Origin: an uncultured Acidobacteriota bacterium
GTDB lineage: Bacteria > Acidobacteriota > Vicinamibacteria > Fen-336
Reading direction: 5' to 3'
DNA length: 64,000 bases
Assembly (NCBI GenBank): GCA_963720545.1
Contig: OY970399.1
Coordinates: 704,001 to 768,000 of the forward strand
Every line of letters begins with the position of its first letter. Position 1 is the stretch's first letter. Positions 37,720 through 46,739 of the stretch are shown in pieces. The notes under the pieces are model-generated. The model was not told the origin of the DNA. It worked only from the letters and a program-made list of their open reading frames with translations, and did no database searches. The position numbers and the translations under genes are program-made.

Positions 37720-39810
37720 ATGGTGCGCAAGCCCGGCGATCTTCCCTTCCCCGGCTGGGCGGTCACGGTGTTCGCCTGCGCCCTCGGCGCGCGCCTCCTG
37801 TTCCTGTTCGCGGCCGACCAGCCGCTGCTCTACACGCACCAGTACGGCTACTTCCACAACGCGCTGCGGATCGCCACCAACCCGCATCCACTCGACTACA
37901 TACTCCGCGACGAAGAGTGGCGGACGTGGGACCGCAACTGGACGATCGCGCCGCTTTACTACGTCTTCGCCGCCGCGGTGCTGAAGCTCTTCGCCTTGCA
38001 CCTCGCGGGGCTGCAGGTGGTGCAGTGCGTGATCGACTCCGCAGTGGCGGTGCTGGTTGCCGCCATGGGCCGCCGCGTCGCCGGACCCTGGGGCGCGGCC
38101 GCCGGCATCGCCTACGCTTTCTACGCGCCAGCGATCGAGATGCCGTCGTGGGTGCTCACCGAGAACCTGCACACGCCGCTCTTCGTCCTCGGCCTGTGGC
38201 TCACGATCCGCGCTTGGGAAGAAACGCCCCGCCGCGGCCCGTACTTCATGGCCGGCCTGGTGCTCGGCATCTCGGCGCTGGCGCGCTCGGTCACCTCGGC
38301 CTTCATGGGTGTGCTCGCAATCGTCTCGCTACTGTTCGGGACCGGGACGACGCGCAGCCGGCTGCGTTGTGTAATCGCACTGACGCTGGGCGGCGCCTGC
38401 GCCATCCTGCCGTGGACCGCGCGCAATGTCTTCGTCGTCGGCGATCCCATCCTCATCGAGAGCACGGCGTTCGAGAACATCTGGTTCGCCAACCGCTTCG
38501 TCGAGGGCGACCGTTTCCTGCGCCAGGAGGCCTACGTCCACTCGCGCCCGACGCCGGCCGAGAAACGCGCCGCCGCATTCCAGTTCGCGAAGGCAGGCAT
38601 CGAACGCCGTCCCGACCTGTTCATTGCCAAGATCGGCCGCAACTTCTGGCACCTGCTGCGGCCCGAGGGCCTGCAGAACCTGCTCGCGGCCGACCGCTCT
38701 GAGCCGCGCTGGCGACAGGTGTTCGCTGTGATCCTCGACGACTTGCCGCTCTTCATCATGACGGCGCTTTTCCCGGTGTTCCTCGTCGTGGGTCCCGTGG
38801 GCCCGACCCGTCGCGCAGTCGTCGCGTGGAGCGCCTACTACCTGCTGATGATCGTGGTGGTGTTCCACAACGAGATCCGCTACCGCAGCGTGCTCGTGCC
38901 GTTCCTGTTCGTCGCCGCGGCCGGCGCCATACCGGTGCTGCGCGGCAAGCGCCTCTTCCACAAATGGTTGGCGCTCGCCGCCGGTGTCGCCGCAGCGAGC
39001 CTGTCGGTGGCACCGTTCATCCCGCTCGCAAGCCAGGTGCTGGCCGCCCGCGCCCAGGCGGGCGCCGCAGGCGCCGCACTGCGTCCGGGCGCAGCCGACC
39101 CCTGGTTCGACGAAGGCAAACAGCTGGCGCGGAAGGGCCAATGGATCGAGAGCGCCGCCGCCTACGAGCGCGGCGAAGCCATCCGCCGCACCGCCAGCGT
39201 CCGCGGCGAAGTGGCGCTGCCGCGCGTCCTGCGCAACGCCGGCAGGACCGACGCCGCTGACGCCGCGCTCCGCGACCTGCACCGCTTCGAGTGGGACTTC
39301 GATCCGTGGCTCCTGCAGCAGGCCGCCTGGCGCGAACTCGAGGCGCCTCGCACCAGCGACCTCGTCATCGGCGGCGACGATTCGGGCGCGGTCCTAGGCT
39401 TCTTCCATCCGCGCGGCGACGACCCGCGCATGAGCGCCCACCGCCTGGAATGGAACAAGTACGCACCGCCCGGCCCCGTTCCGCCGCCGGGCCTGCACCG
39501 CTGGACCCGCCACCGCGCGTTCATCCGCATCGAACCCGAACATCAGGCCGCGGCTTACCGCGTGACCATCACGATGGGCTCGCCGTTCCCGTCGCCGCAA
39601 GCCTCGCCCAACATCACGGTGCGCATCGGCGGACGCAACGAGCCGCGCACGCTGAACACCGAGCTGCGCGACTACGTGTTCGAGAACGTCAAACAAGACA
39701 CGGGTTCACCGGCGATCGTCATCCGCATCGACTGCCCCACCTGGAACGCCGTGGGAGAACCCGCGGAGCAGGGCATCCGCGTTGATCGCGTCCGCGTGGA
39801 ACCGATATAA
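37720..39810 (+). CDS. GT-C fold membrane glycosyltransferase (GT39/ArnT-like)
   Basis: Multi-TM; APLY, LTENL, PWTARN, EIRYR. Confidence 0.72.
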   Translation: MVRKPGDLPFPGWAVTVFACALGARLLFLFAADQPLLYTHQYGYFHNALRIATNPHPLDYILRDEEWRTWDRNWTIAPLYYVFAAAVLKLFALHLAGLQVVQCVIDSAVAVLVAAMGRRVAGPWGAAAGIAYAFYAPAIEMPSWVLTENLHTPLFVLGLWLTIRAWEETPRRGPYFMAGLVLGISALARSVTSAFMGVLAIVSLLFGTGTTRSRLRCVIALTLGGACAILPWTARNVFVVGDPILIESTAFENIWFANRFVEGDRFLRQEAYVHSRPTPAEKRAAAFQFAKAGIERRPDLFIAKIGRNFWHLLRPEGLQNLLAADRSEPRWRQVFAVILDDLPLFIMTALFPVFLVVGPVGPTRRAVVAWSAYYLLMIVVVFHNEIRYRSVLVPFLFVAAAGAIPVLRGKRLFHKWLALAAGVAAASLSVAPFIPLASQVLAARAQAGAAGAALRPGAADPWFDEGKQLARKGQWIESAAAYERGEAIRRTASVRGEVALPRVLRNAGRTDAADAALRDLHRFEWDFDPWLLQQAAWRELEAPRTSDLVIGGDDSGAVLGFFHPRGDDPRMSAHRLEWNKYAPPGPVPPPGLHRWTRHRAFIRIEPEHQAAAYRVTITMGSPFPSPQASPNITVRIGGRNEPRTLNTELRDYVFENVKQDTGSPAIVIRIDCPTWNAVGEPAEQGIRVDRVRVEPI

Positions 39811-39839
39811 TCGCCGTTCGTTCGTCCCTGCCTAGGTTC

Positions 39840-39914
39840 GGCTCGCTAGCTCAATGGTAGAGCAAGAGACTCTTAATCTCTGGGTTGAAGGTTCGAGTCC
39901 TTCGCGAGTCACCA
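39840..39914 (+). tRNA. tRNA-Lys(CTT)
   Basis: GGCTCGCTAGCTCAATGGTAGAGCA-AGAGA-CTCTTAA-TCTCT..GGTTCGAGTCC..GCGAGTCACCA. Confidence 0.96.
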
Positions 39915-40081
39915 ACTTACGGGCGCCGCCCTGAAGCCGGCAACCAAAACGGCAACCATTTGCGCGCCGGACTATCTAGCGCGGCGTGGCGCGAGTCAAG
40001 GAAAGACAGGCAACCACCTGTCCATACCGCGGCACCGTGTCAGTAGGATGTGTCCTTCAGATTGCGGCAGCAAGAGGGGCA

Positions 40082-40546
40082 ATGACGGAAGGCGACGGTT
40101 TCGAGGCGCGGATTAGGGCGAGTTTTGCGCGGCAGGGTCTGATGGCGACTATCGGCGCTGTGCTTGAAACGGTGGCGCCTGGATCTGTTGCGATTTCTCT
40201 GCGACCGCAAGCGGCTATTTCGCAGCAGCACGGCTTTATTCATGCCGGTGCACTGAGCGCAATCTGCGACTCCGCTGCTGGTTATGCCGCCCTCACGCTC
40301 ATGGCGCCTGGGCGAGGGGTCCTGACGACAGAGTTCAAGATCAACTTTTTAGCGCCGGCAACGGGAGACCGGGTCGTCGCTGTGGCTAAGGTAGTCAAGG
40401 CAGGCCGAACGCTGACGATCGCCCAAACCGAGCTGTTTGCCGAAACTGCTAAGCAAACAACCTTGATCGCGCTACTAATAGCGACACTCATGAGCGTCGA
40501 TGTAGGTCAGTACGTTTCTGACGACGCAAATCGTGCCCTTCAGTAA
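40082..40546 (+). CDS. PaaI family thioesterase
   Basis: SQQHGFIHAG..DSAAGYA..TTEFKINFLAPA. Confidence 0.88.
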   Translation: MTEGDGFEARIRASFARQGLMATIGAVLETVAPGSVAISLRPQAAISQQHGFIHAGALSAICDSAAGYAALTLMAPGRGVLTTEFKINFLAPATGDRVVAVAKVVKAGRTLTIAQTELFAETAKQTTLIALLIATLMSVDVGQYVSDDANRALQ

Positions 40547-41053
40547 TGGTGCCACGCCGACCAGGAGCTTGACGTGTTCACCTATAAGCCTGTTCACTTC
40601 ACCGGCCCGAAGGCGGCGCGGGTATCGGTGTCGGGGGCTCTGCATCGGGATCTGATGTGCGCGGTTGCATGAACGCTCTTTCTTAGGTTTGTCGTGGTTC
40701 AGCATCTGCATGTTGGATGCCACGGGGAACCTGACCCCTCATCTGCGCGGGCGCCACAAAGGCGGCAGATGGATTAAGGACAAAGGAACGGCAGGCGCTG
40801 CGGCGCCCAACGCAAAGAATGCCCGGTCCGTAGCGAGAGCATTCTCTAGGGACCGAGCATCCGGTGGCCGGCCCCTTCAGCAGGCGGCCACCGCACGCAC
40901 TTTGAATGGCCGTTCGGACAGAGTCAACATAAACCGTATACAGGGAGGACTATGAATCGGGCGCCGATCCGAAATCAGGGAATTCCCCAATAGCGTGCTT
41001 CGGCCTGGACTCAGTAGCGTTGACGGTCGATGGCCAATTCCGGAGCCGGTTCG

Positions 41054-41326
41054 ATGAAGCCAAACGCCCTCGTCGGAACTCGCGTGGAATTTCTTAGTGA
41101 CGTGTCTCCTGCCGCTTGCGGCGATTGGGGTACGGTCGTTAGCGTCAGAACCTTCGACACTGGACTAGAGGTTGTCGTGGTGGAGTGCCGCGGAAAGGCC
41201 ATAGCAACATATCGGTCTGAGATTCGCCCACTCGCCGATCAGTCGGCCACCACGCGTCTATCCAGTCGCGCTCGCGACGCAGCCACGCAAGCTCCGTCAC
41301 ATCAGAGTGCGGACGCTTCCGACTAA
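41054..41326 (+). CDS. Small hypothetical beta-rich (SH3-like?) protein
   Basis: LVGTRVEFL..P...GDWGTVVSV; GGAG upstream; paralog fragment at 40475-40597 (-). Confidence 0.5.
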   Translation: MKPNALVGTRVEFLSDVSPAACGDWGTVVSVRTFDTGLEVVVVECRGKAIATYRSEIRPLADQSATTRLSSRARDAATQAPSHQSADASD

Positions 41327-41454
41327 CCGCTACTCGCTGTTACAAGCGCCCGACCCGAACAGCTAGAACGGGTCCGGGTCGGGCGAAGGCGTCCTTTGAA
41401 CGAAACCTCACCTCTGCGAGGACCCCTCCGGGTGGACTCCTTGCGCGGGACTTA

Positions 41455-41548
41455 AGCAACTGAAATGCCAAGGCGAATGACGCTGAAGGCGTGGAATCGA
41501 GTCGAAAGCGTCGGCTAGGGCGCCCCGGGCGTGGAACATTTCTACAAA
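41455..41548 (-). promoter_or_regulatory. sigma54 promoter plus TTTGTAGAAA box, no clear downstream CDS
   Basis: Minus strand TGGCATTTCAGTTGCT (41470-41455); TTTGTAGAAA (41548-41539). Confidence 0.62.
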
Positions 41549-41671
41549 GGCGAGCAGCGAGCCCTCAGGGGAGTTCTCTAGTAGTGCGCGCCAGCTCCCC
41601 GTCGAGGCGCCTCCGCACAGTTCATTTACGGCGACCCTTGACAGTTGGCTCCCGCGGGAGTTGGATGAGAC

Positions 41672-41983
41672 GTGGACGTTGCTTCGCGAGTGCTCAGCGG
41701 GTTGACCATCGTCGCCGGCCTCGCTTGCTCCAGCTTGGGCACGTGCTGGCTGTACTTCGTACCCGCCGCCCACGGCTGCTGCGAAGAGGCGACGATGCAA
41801 AGCCACCAACAGCCTTGCGGGTCCGGCGTCACGTATGTCACCGGCCCAACGCTGACGCCACCGACAATTGCTCCCCTCTCCATCTACCACGCGCCGGTCT
41901 CGCTGAACTTGTGTTTGGCCGGTCGCGACGCGTTTCGCGGTCCTCGAGTGGATCGTCCACCGCCGTTGGTTCTCCGGATTTAG
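41672..41983 (+). CDS. Cys/Pro-rich leader-like protein (DUF2946/CzcI-like)
   Basis: Hydrophobic N-terminus, HGCC, C-terminal RGPRVDRPPPLVLRI. Confidence 0.6.
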   Translation: MDVASRVLSGLTIVAGLACSSLGTCWLYFVPAAHGCCEEATMQSHQQPCGSGVTYVTGPTLTPPTIAPLSIYHAPVSLNLCLAGRDAFRGPRVDRPPPLVLRI

Positions 41984-42059
41984 AGGTCTGTCCGTCTCCA
42001 AATATCAGCCGCATTAACGCCGTTATTTGTTGACGGGTAGCCCCCGTCAGGAGACTGAC

Positions 42060-42185
42060 ATGATGAAGTTCATTCTTGCCGCACTGTTCGCAACGACGCT
42101 GGGCGTCTCAGCGCCGGCTGTGGCTGCCGCCGATTGCTGCGCCGCCGGGACCGCTTGCTGCGAGACCGGATGTTGCTGCTGTTAG
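42060..42185 (+). CDS. Secreted Cys-rich micro-protein (41 aa)
   Basis: MMKFILAALFATTLGVSAPAVAAADCCAAGTACCETGCCCC; AGGAGA RBS; signal peptide; terminator follows. Confidence 0.82.
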   Translation: MMKFILAALFATTLGVSAPAVAAADCCAAGTACCETGCCCC

Positions 42186-42201
42186 TGTTCTAACCAGACG
42201 G

Positions 42202-42235
42202 ACGGCGGGGGCCACGGCTCCCGCCGTTTTTCTTT
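42202..42235 (+). terminator. Rho-independent terminator
   Basis: ACGGCGGGGGCC-AC-GGCTCCCGCCGT then TTTTCTTT. Confidence 0.8.
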
Positions 42236-42354
42236 ACGCCGAAGGACGGCGGTGAGAATGCCGGCCCGTCGCCAGGCCACATTCCAACCGAACTCAGGCG
42301 CCGGGTGTCCCACCTTTATCCTGTGGATTGGACCGCTCAGGAGAGGGAGGGTCG

Positions 42355-44778
42355 GTGTGGCCTGACGTTCGGTACGCGCTTCGAAGCATCGCGAAGAAGC
42401 CCCTCTTCTACTCCGTCGTGATCCTGACGCTCGCGCTCGGGATCGGCGCTAACGCGGCGATCTTCACGGTGGTCAACGGCGTGCTGTTGCAGCCGCTCCC
42501 CTATCCCCACTCGGACCGCCTGATGATGGTGTGGACGCACAATCCTCGGCAGGGCTTCGACAAAGACGTCGGCAACTACCCGAATTTCGAAGACTGGCGC
42601 CACGCGAGCCTGTCGTTCGAGCGGATGTCCGCGTACCTCGGGGCGAGCGTGACGCTGACGGGGAACGGCGATCCGGCGCAGCTCCGCGGCGCCCGAGTCA
42701 CGCACGAGTTCTTCGAGACGATGGGTATGGCACCGCTTCTCGGCCGTCCCTTCGGTTTCGCCAACGGTCAGGCGGGCGGTGAGCACGTGGTCATCCTGGG
42801 CGACGGTCTCTGGAAGCGGCGGTTCGGGGCGGATCCGGCCGTCATCGGCCGACTCATAGTGCTGGACGGCATACCGCACGAAGTTATTGGCGTCATGCCG
42901 GCGAGCTTCGCGCATCCGGCGGACGCCGAGCTCTGGCTGCCGCTCGCGCCTGTCGGGGACTTGCAGGCACTTTTCGAGTCGCGCGGCTCCTATTGGCTCA
43001 CGGTCATCGGCAGGCTGAAGCCCGGCGTCAGCCAGGTCGCCGCCCAGTCGGAGATGGACACCATTGCCAGGCGTCTCGAGAAGGAGTACCCGTCAAACGC
43101 CGGCATCGGCGTCCTGCTGGTGACGATGCAAGAGGAGCTGGTCGGCGACGTGAAGCGCCCGCTGCTCATCCTGCTGGGTGCGGTGAGTTTCGTCCTGCTG
43201 ATCGCCTGCGCCAACGTCGCGAACCTGCTGCTGACACGCGCCGCCGCCAGGCAACGCGAGCTCGCGATCCGGGCTGCTGTGGGTGCCGACCGCCGCCGAC
43301 TGGTGCGACAGTTGCTGACCGAGAGCGTCGTCCTCGGGCTTCTTGGCGGCGTCGCGGGACTCTTGCTTGCGACCCTCTGCATCAATCGGCTGCAGGCGCT
43401 CGCGCCGGCCGAGTTGCCGCGGCTCTCGGAGATTGCCATGGGCGGGCCGGTACTAGCGTTCGCCGTTTGCGCCTCGGTATTCACGAGCCTGCTGTTCGGC
43501 GTTGTGCCCGCTCTTCATGCGTCGCGGCGCGACTCGGGTGGACAACTGAAGGAGGGTGGGCGCACGGGGTCCGACAGCCGCCGCGGTGGCCGCGTGCGAA
43601 GCGCGATCGCCGGGGGAGAACTGGCCATCGCGCTCGTGCTGGTCGTCGGTGCCGGCCTGCTGATCCGCAGCTTCATCGCGCTCAACAGCGAAGACCCGGG
43701 TTTTGCCACCAGAGGCGTGCTGGCGCTGCGCCTTGACCTGCCGCGCGCGACGTATGGTGAGCCCGCCCAGATCGCAAACTTCTTCGAGCGGCTGGTCGAA
43801 CGTCTCGATGCGCTGCCGGGCGTCGAATCCGCCGCCGCCGGATCTTCCGTGCTCCTGTCGCGGCTGCCAGCTTCGGCCAGCATCAGCATCGAAGGCAGGC
43901 CACCGCTGCCCGCAGATGCCCCGAACATCCCCGTTCCCTACGACTCCGTCACGCCGGAGTACTTTTCGACACTGCAGATCCCCTTACGCCGGGGACGCAT
44001 GTTCACCGGCGCGGACGGACCGCGGTCCCAGCCCGTCGTGATGGTGAACGAGACGTTCGTCAAACGGTTCTTCCATGGCGAGGATCCGCTCGGCCGGCGC
44101 GTGACGTTCGACGACCCGTCGCGACCCGAAGTTCGGTGGCAAACGATCGTCGGCGTCGTGGCGGATACCAAGCGCGGCGGGTTCGAGCGGCGGCCGTGGG
44201 CGGAAACGTACTTCCCGCTGCGCCAGGCACCCGATCCGCAGACCTTCGTGCTGCTGCGGACTGGCGGAGATCCGATCCCGCTGGTCGCGGCGGCCCGGGC
44301 AGCCGTATGGTCGATCGACCGCAATCAGGCGATCGCCAGCGTCCGCACCGTGCCGGAGCTGCTCGCCCAACAGCAAATGAACCGGCGCTTCACGACGCTG
44401 CTGCTCGGGATCTTTGCCTCGGTCGCCCTCGTGCTCGCGATCATCGGTACCTACGGCGTCATCGCACACGCAACTGCACAGCGCACCCAGGAGATCGGAA
44501 TTCGTATCGCGCTCGGGGCCGACCGCGGGACGATCCTGCGCTTGGTGCTGAGCGGCGGACTCCGCATCGCCGCCGCCGGGCTCGCGATCGGCATCTGCGG
44601 CGCGCTCGCCCTCACGCACGTGCTCTCCGGCCTGTTGTTCGGTGTTGGCGCTCGCGACCCGCTAACGTTCGTCGTCGTGCCTGGGGCGCTGCTGGTCGCG
44701 GCGCTGGCGGCCTGCTGGATCCCTGCGCGCCGCGCCATGCACGTACAGCCGGCAATCGCCTTGCGGGGCGATTCCTAG
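42355..44778 (+). CDS. ADOP-family duplicated ABC permease (MacB/FtsX domains)
   Basis: DVRYALR..TLALGIGANAAIF..LLIACANVANLLL..QRTQEIGIRIALGA..PARRA. Confidence 0.92.
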   Translation: MWPDVRYALRSIAKKPLFYSVVILTLALGIGANAAIFTVVNGVLLQPLPYPHSDRLMMVWTHNPRQGFDKDVGNYPNFEDWRHASLSFERMSAYLGASVTLTGNGDPAQLRGARVTHEFFETMGMAPLLGRPFGFANGQAGGEHVVILGDGLWKRRFGADPAVIGRLIVLDGIPHEVIGVMPASFAHPADAELWLPLAPVGDLQALFESRGSYWLTVIGRLKPGVSQVAAQSEMDTIARRLEKEYPSNAGIGVLLVTMQEELVGDVKRPLLILLGAVSFVLLIACANVANLLLTRAAARQRELAIRAAVGADRRRLVRQLLTESVVLGLLGGVAGLLLATLCINRLQALAPAELPRLSEIAMGGPVLAFAVCASVFTSLLFGVVPALHASRRDSGGQLKEGGRTGSDSRRGGRVRSAIAGGELAIALVLVVGAGLLIRSFIALNSEDPGFATRGVLALRLDLPRATYGEPAQIANFFERLVERLDALPGVESAAAGSSVLLSRLPASASISIEGRPPLPADAPNIPVPYDSVTPEYFSTLQIPLRRGRMFTGADGPRSQPVVMVNETFVKRFFHGEDPLGRRVTFDDPSRPEVRWQTIVGVVADTKRGGFERRPWAETYFPLRQAPDPQTFVLLRTGGDPIPLVAAARAAVWSIDRNQAIASVRTVPELLAQQQMNRRFTTLLLGIFASVALVLAIIGTYGVIAHATAQRTQEIGIRIALGADRGTILRLVLSGGLRIAAAGLAIGICGALALTHVLSGLLFGVGARDPLTFVVVPGALLVAALAACWIPARRAMHVQPAIALRGDS

Positions 44779-44935
44779 CGCGCCAGGACTCTCCCCTCCT
44801 TCCGAGTCCTTCGCGAGTCACCACCCTACCAAGCGACGACTCCACAGCTGCGAAGCGCGAGCGCCAGCAGCAGGGTGGCCACGATCGAGACCGCGATCGA
44901 ACCCCAGCAACCGAGACGGTTCGAATAGAGGCCGA

Positions 44936-45355
44936 TCACTTCTTTGGTTCAACGACCAGTTCGCTGACGACTTTTTCCTTGCCGACAACGTCTGCGGCCT
45001 TCGCTTCGATCGAGACTTTCTCGGCATCCGATCGGACCGGGCCTTTCAAGGTGACCGTTCCATCCTGCGTAGCGATCTCTACGTGGTGAGCGTATGCGGA
45101 CAACGACTTGTCCTTCATGACCAACTGCCGAATCTTCTTCGTAGTCGCCAGATCCGAGCGGTTGTTCTTCTGGTCGGCCGCCGTCGGTCCCATGGCCCTG
45201 CGGTCACGTCTATTGACCCTCGTGTTGTCCGGTGCCGGCTGTTGGGCGTTTACCGTCGATTCCCGAGCTGCAGCCTCTGGTGCGACGACAGCAATGACAC
45301 CGCCGGCACAGAAGGTAGCCGCGATTGCCCAGGACGCTCTTGCCAATCTATTCAT
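44936..45355 (-). CDS. BON-domain (OsmY-like) protein
   Basis: Signal peptide; PDNTRVN.RD..TA.DQ; GTVTLKGPV; AAGGAG RBS. Confidence 0.88.
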   Translation of the reverse strand: MNRLARASWAIAATFCAGGVIAVVAPEAAARESTVNAQQPAPDNTRVNRRDRRAMGPTAADQKNNRSDLATTKKIRQLVMKDKSLSAYAHHVEIATQDGTVTLKGPVRSDAEKVSIEAKAADVVGKEKVVSELVVEPKK

Positions 45356-45851
45356 GTATTACTCCTTCAGACTGGCGGGGGTTCACACACCAGTCATAGA
45401 CCTCACCTCCAATATCGGTGCGACCAAAGTGAGAGTCAAGGTCCTGAACGGCAGCGAGAAGCATCCAGATCGTCAGTTCGGGACGATGGCCGCTGGCATC
45501 CTCCTGCAACGAGAACGAAGACGGAGTGGAGTAGTGGCACTGTGTGATCTGGCGTCCGGCCGCCGCTTGGCATAACCAGGGAGGACCCCTAGAGTCAACC
45601 TGGCAAGATCGACGTGCGCCGAAAAGCCTCTTGAGAGGACAACTTGGGATCGACGCCGACGGCAGAGCTAGTGGCGTGGGTGAAATGCGAGGAGTGCGGA
45701 GCTCCGGCCAAACGGTTGCGCCACGCGGCCGGTATGGATTCCCTGGAATGCGCGAAGTTCTCCGACCACGTGTTCCGGACGGACCGAAGTATTCCGGATC
45801 CGCCGGCCTCGAAGGCCATTTAGGGGGACTCCCGTAGAGCGCGTCGCCCGG

Positions 45852-45967
45852 TTTGTAGAAACACCTGTCGCTTCTTGTCCACTCGCGGGTCGAAAGTCGG
45901 GCAATCCACCGATGTACGCGCCGCGCAGCAAGCACGAGGCGCGGTGGTGGATGGCATTCATCCTGCA
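45852..45967 (+). promoter_or_regulatory. TTTGTAGAAA box plus sigma54 promoter for the Pro-rich protein/ligD operon
   Basis: TTTGTAGAAA at 45852-45861; TGGCATTCATCCTGCA at 45952-45967. Confidence 0.62.
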
Positions 45968-46001
45968 AACGCTCTGAGATAAACCAGCAAGGAGCATTTG
46001 C

Positions 46002-46223
46002 ATGAAATTGATATCCCTATCCGCTGCCCTCTTGATCTCAGGCGCGCTCGTCGTTTCGGTCGCGGCGCAGGATCCGACACCGGCCCCCACCGCAAGCCCG
46101 CAGCCGTCGCCGGGCGTCAGCCCGTCGCCCAAGGCGACTCCCAAGCCCAAGCCGAGCGCAAGTCCCACGCCGAGTCCGACCCCGACGCCCTCGCCGACAC
46201 CGACCAACCCGCCGCGCGCGTAG
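46002..46223 (+). CDS. Small secreted Pro/Ser/Thr-rich protein
   Basis: AAGGAG RBS, signal peptide, (P-S/T)n tail. Confidence 0.72.
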   Translation: MKLISLSAALLISGALVVSVAAQDPTPAPTASPQPSPGVSPSPKATPKPKPSASPTPSPTPTPSPTPTNPPRA

Positions 46224-46229
46224 GGCCCG

Positions 46230-46739
46230 ATGGGCCTTGCGGTCTACAAGCGCAAGCGCGACTTCAAGGCCACGCCGGAGCCGGCACCAACGGCGCGTCC
46301 GTCGCATAAGGCGGGCGCGCCATTGTCATTCGTGATCCAGAGGCACGACGCGAGCAGCCTGCACTACGACTTCCGCCTCGAGCTCGACGGTGTGCTGCTG
46401 AGCTGGGCTGTGCCCAAGGGTCCCAGCCTCGATCCTTCCGAGAAACGCCTCGCGGTTCGAACCGAAGACCATCCGCTCGCCTATGGCGGCTTCGCCGGTA
46501 CTATTCCGAAGGGACATTACGGTGCAGGCAAGGTTGCCATCTGGGACCGGGGCTTGTGGTTGCCGCGCGACGATCCTCATGCGGGGTTGCGCCAGGGAAA
46601 GCTGGTCTTCACGCTCCGCGGCAAACGGCTGAGGGGCAGCTGGGCGCTTGTCCGGACCAGGCTGCGCAAGGGTGCGAAGAAACCAGAGTGGCTCCTGATG
46701 AAGCAGAAGGATGAAGCGGCCGTGACAAAGAAGAAATGA
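46230..46739 (+). CDS. ligD: LigD 3'-phosphoesterase module (stand-alone)
   Basis: YKRKRDF..TPEP, FVIQRHDASSLHYDFRLE, SWAVPKGPS, EDHP. Confidence 0.92.
   Translation: MGLAVYKRKRDFKATPEPAPTARPSHKAGAPLSFVIQRHDASSLHYDFRLELDGVLLSWAVPKGPSLDPSEKRLAVRTEDHPLAYGGFAGTIPKGHYGAGKVAIWDRGLWLPRDDPHAGLRQGKLVFTLRGKRLRGSWALVRTRLRKGAKKPEWLLMKQKDEAAVTKKK

Larger units (their letters stand above)
39894..44823. mobile_element. Integrase-less genomic islet inserted at tRNA-Lys
   Basis: CGAGTCCTTCGCGAGTCACCA at 39894-39914 and 44803-44823; left part visibly less GC-rich. Confidence 0.8.

Noticed and set aside
45494..45508. TGGCATCCTCCTGCA as a sigma54 promoter
   Set aside because: GG-GC spacing is 9 rather than 10, and there is no clear downstream gene.
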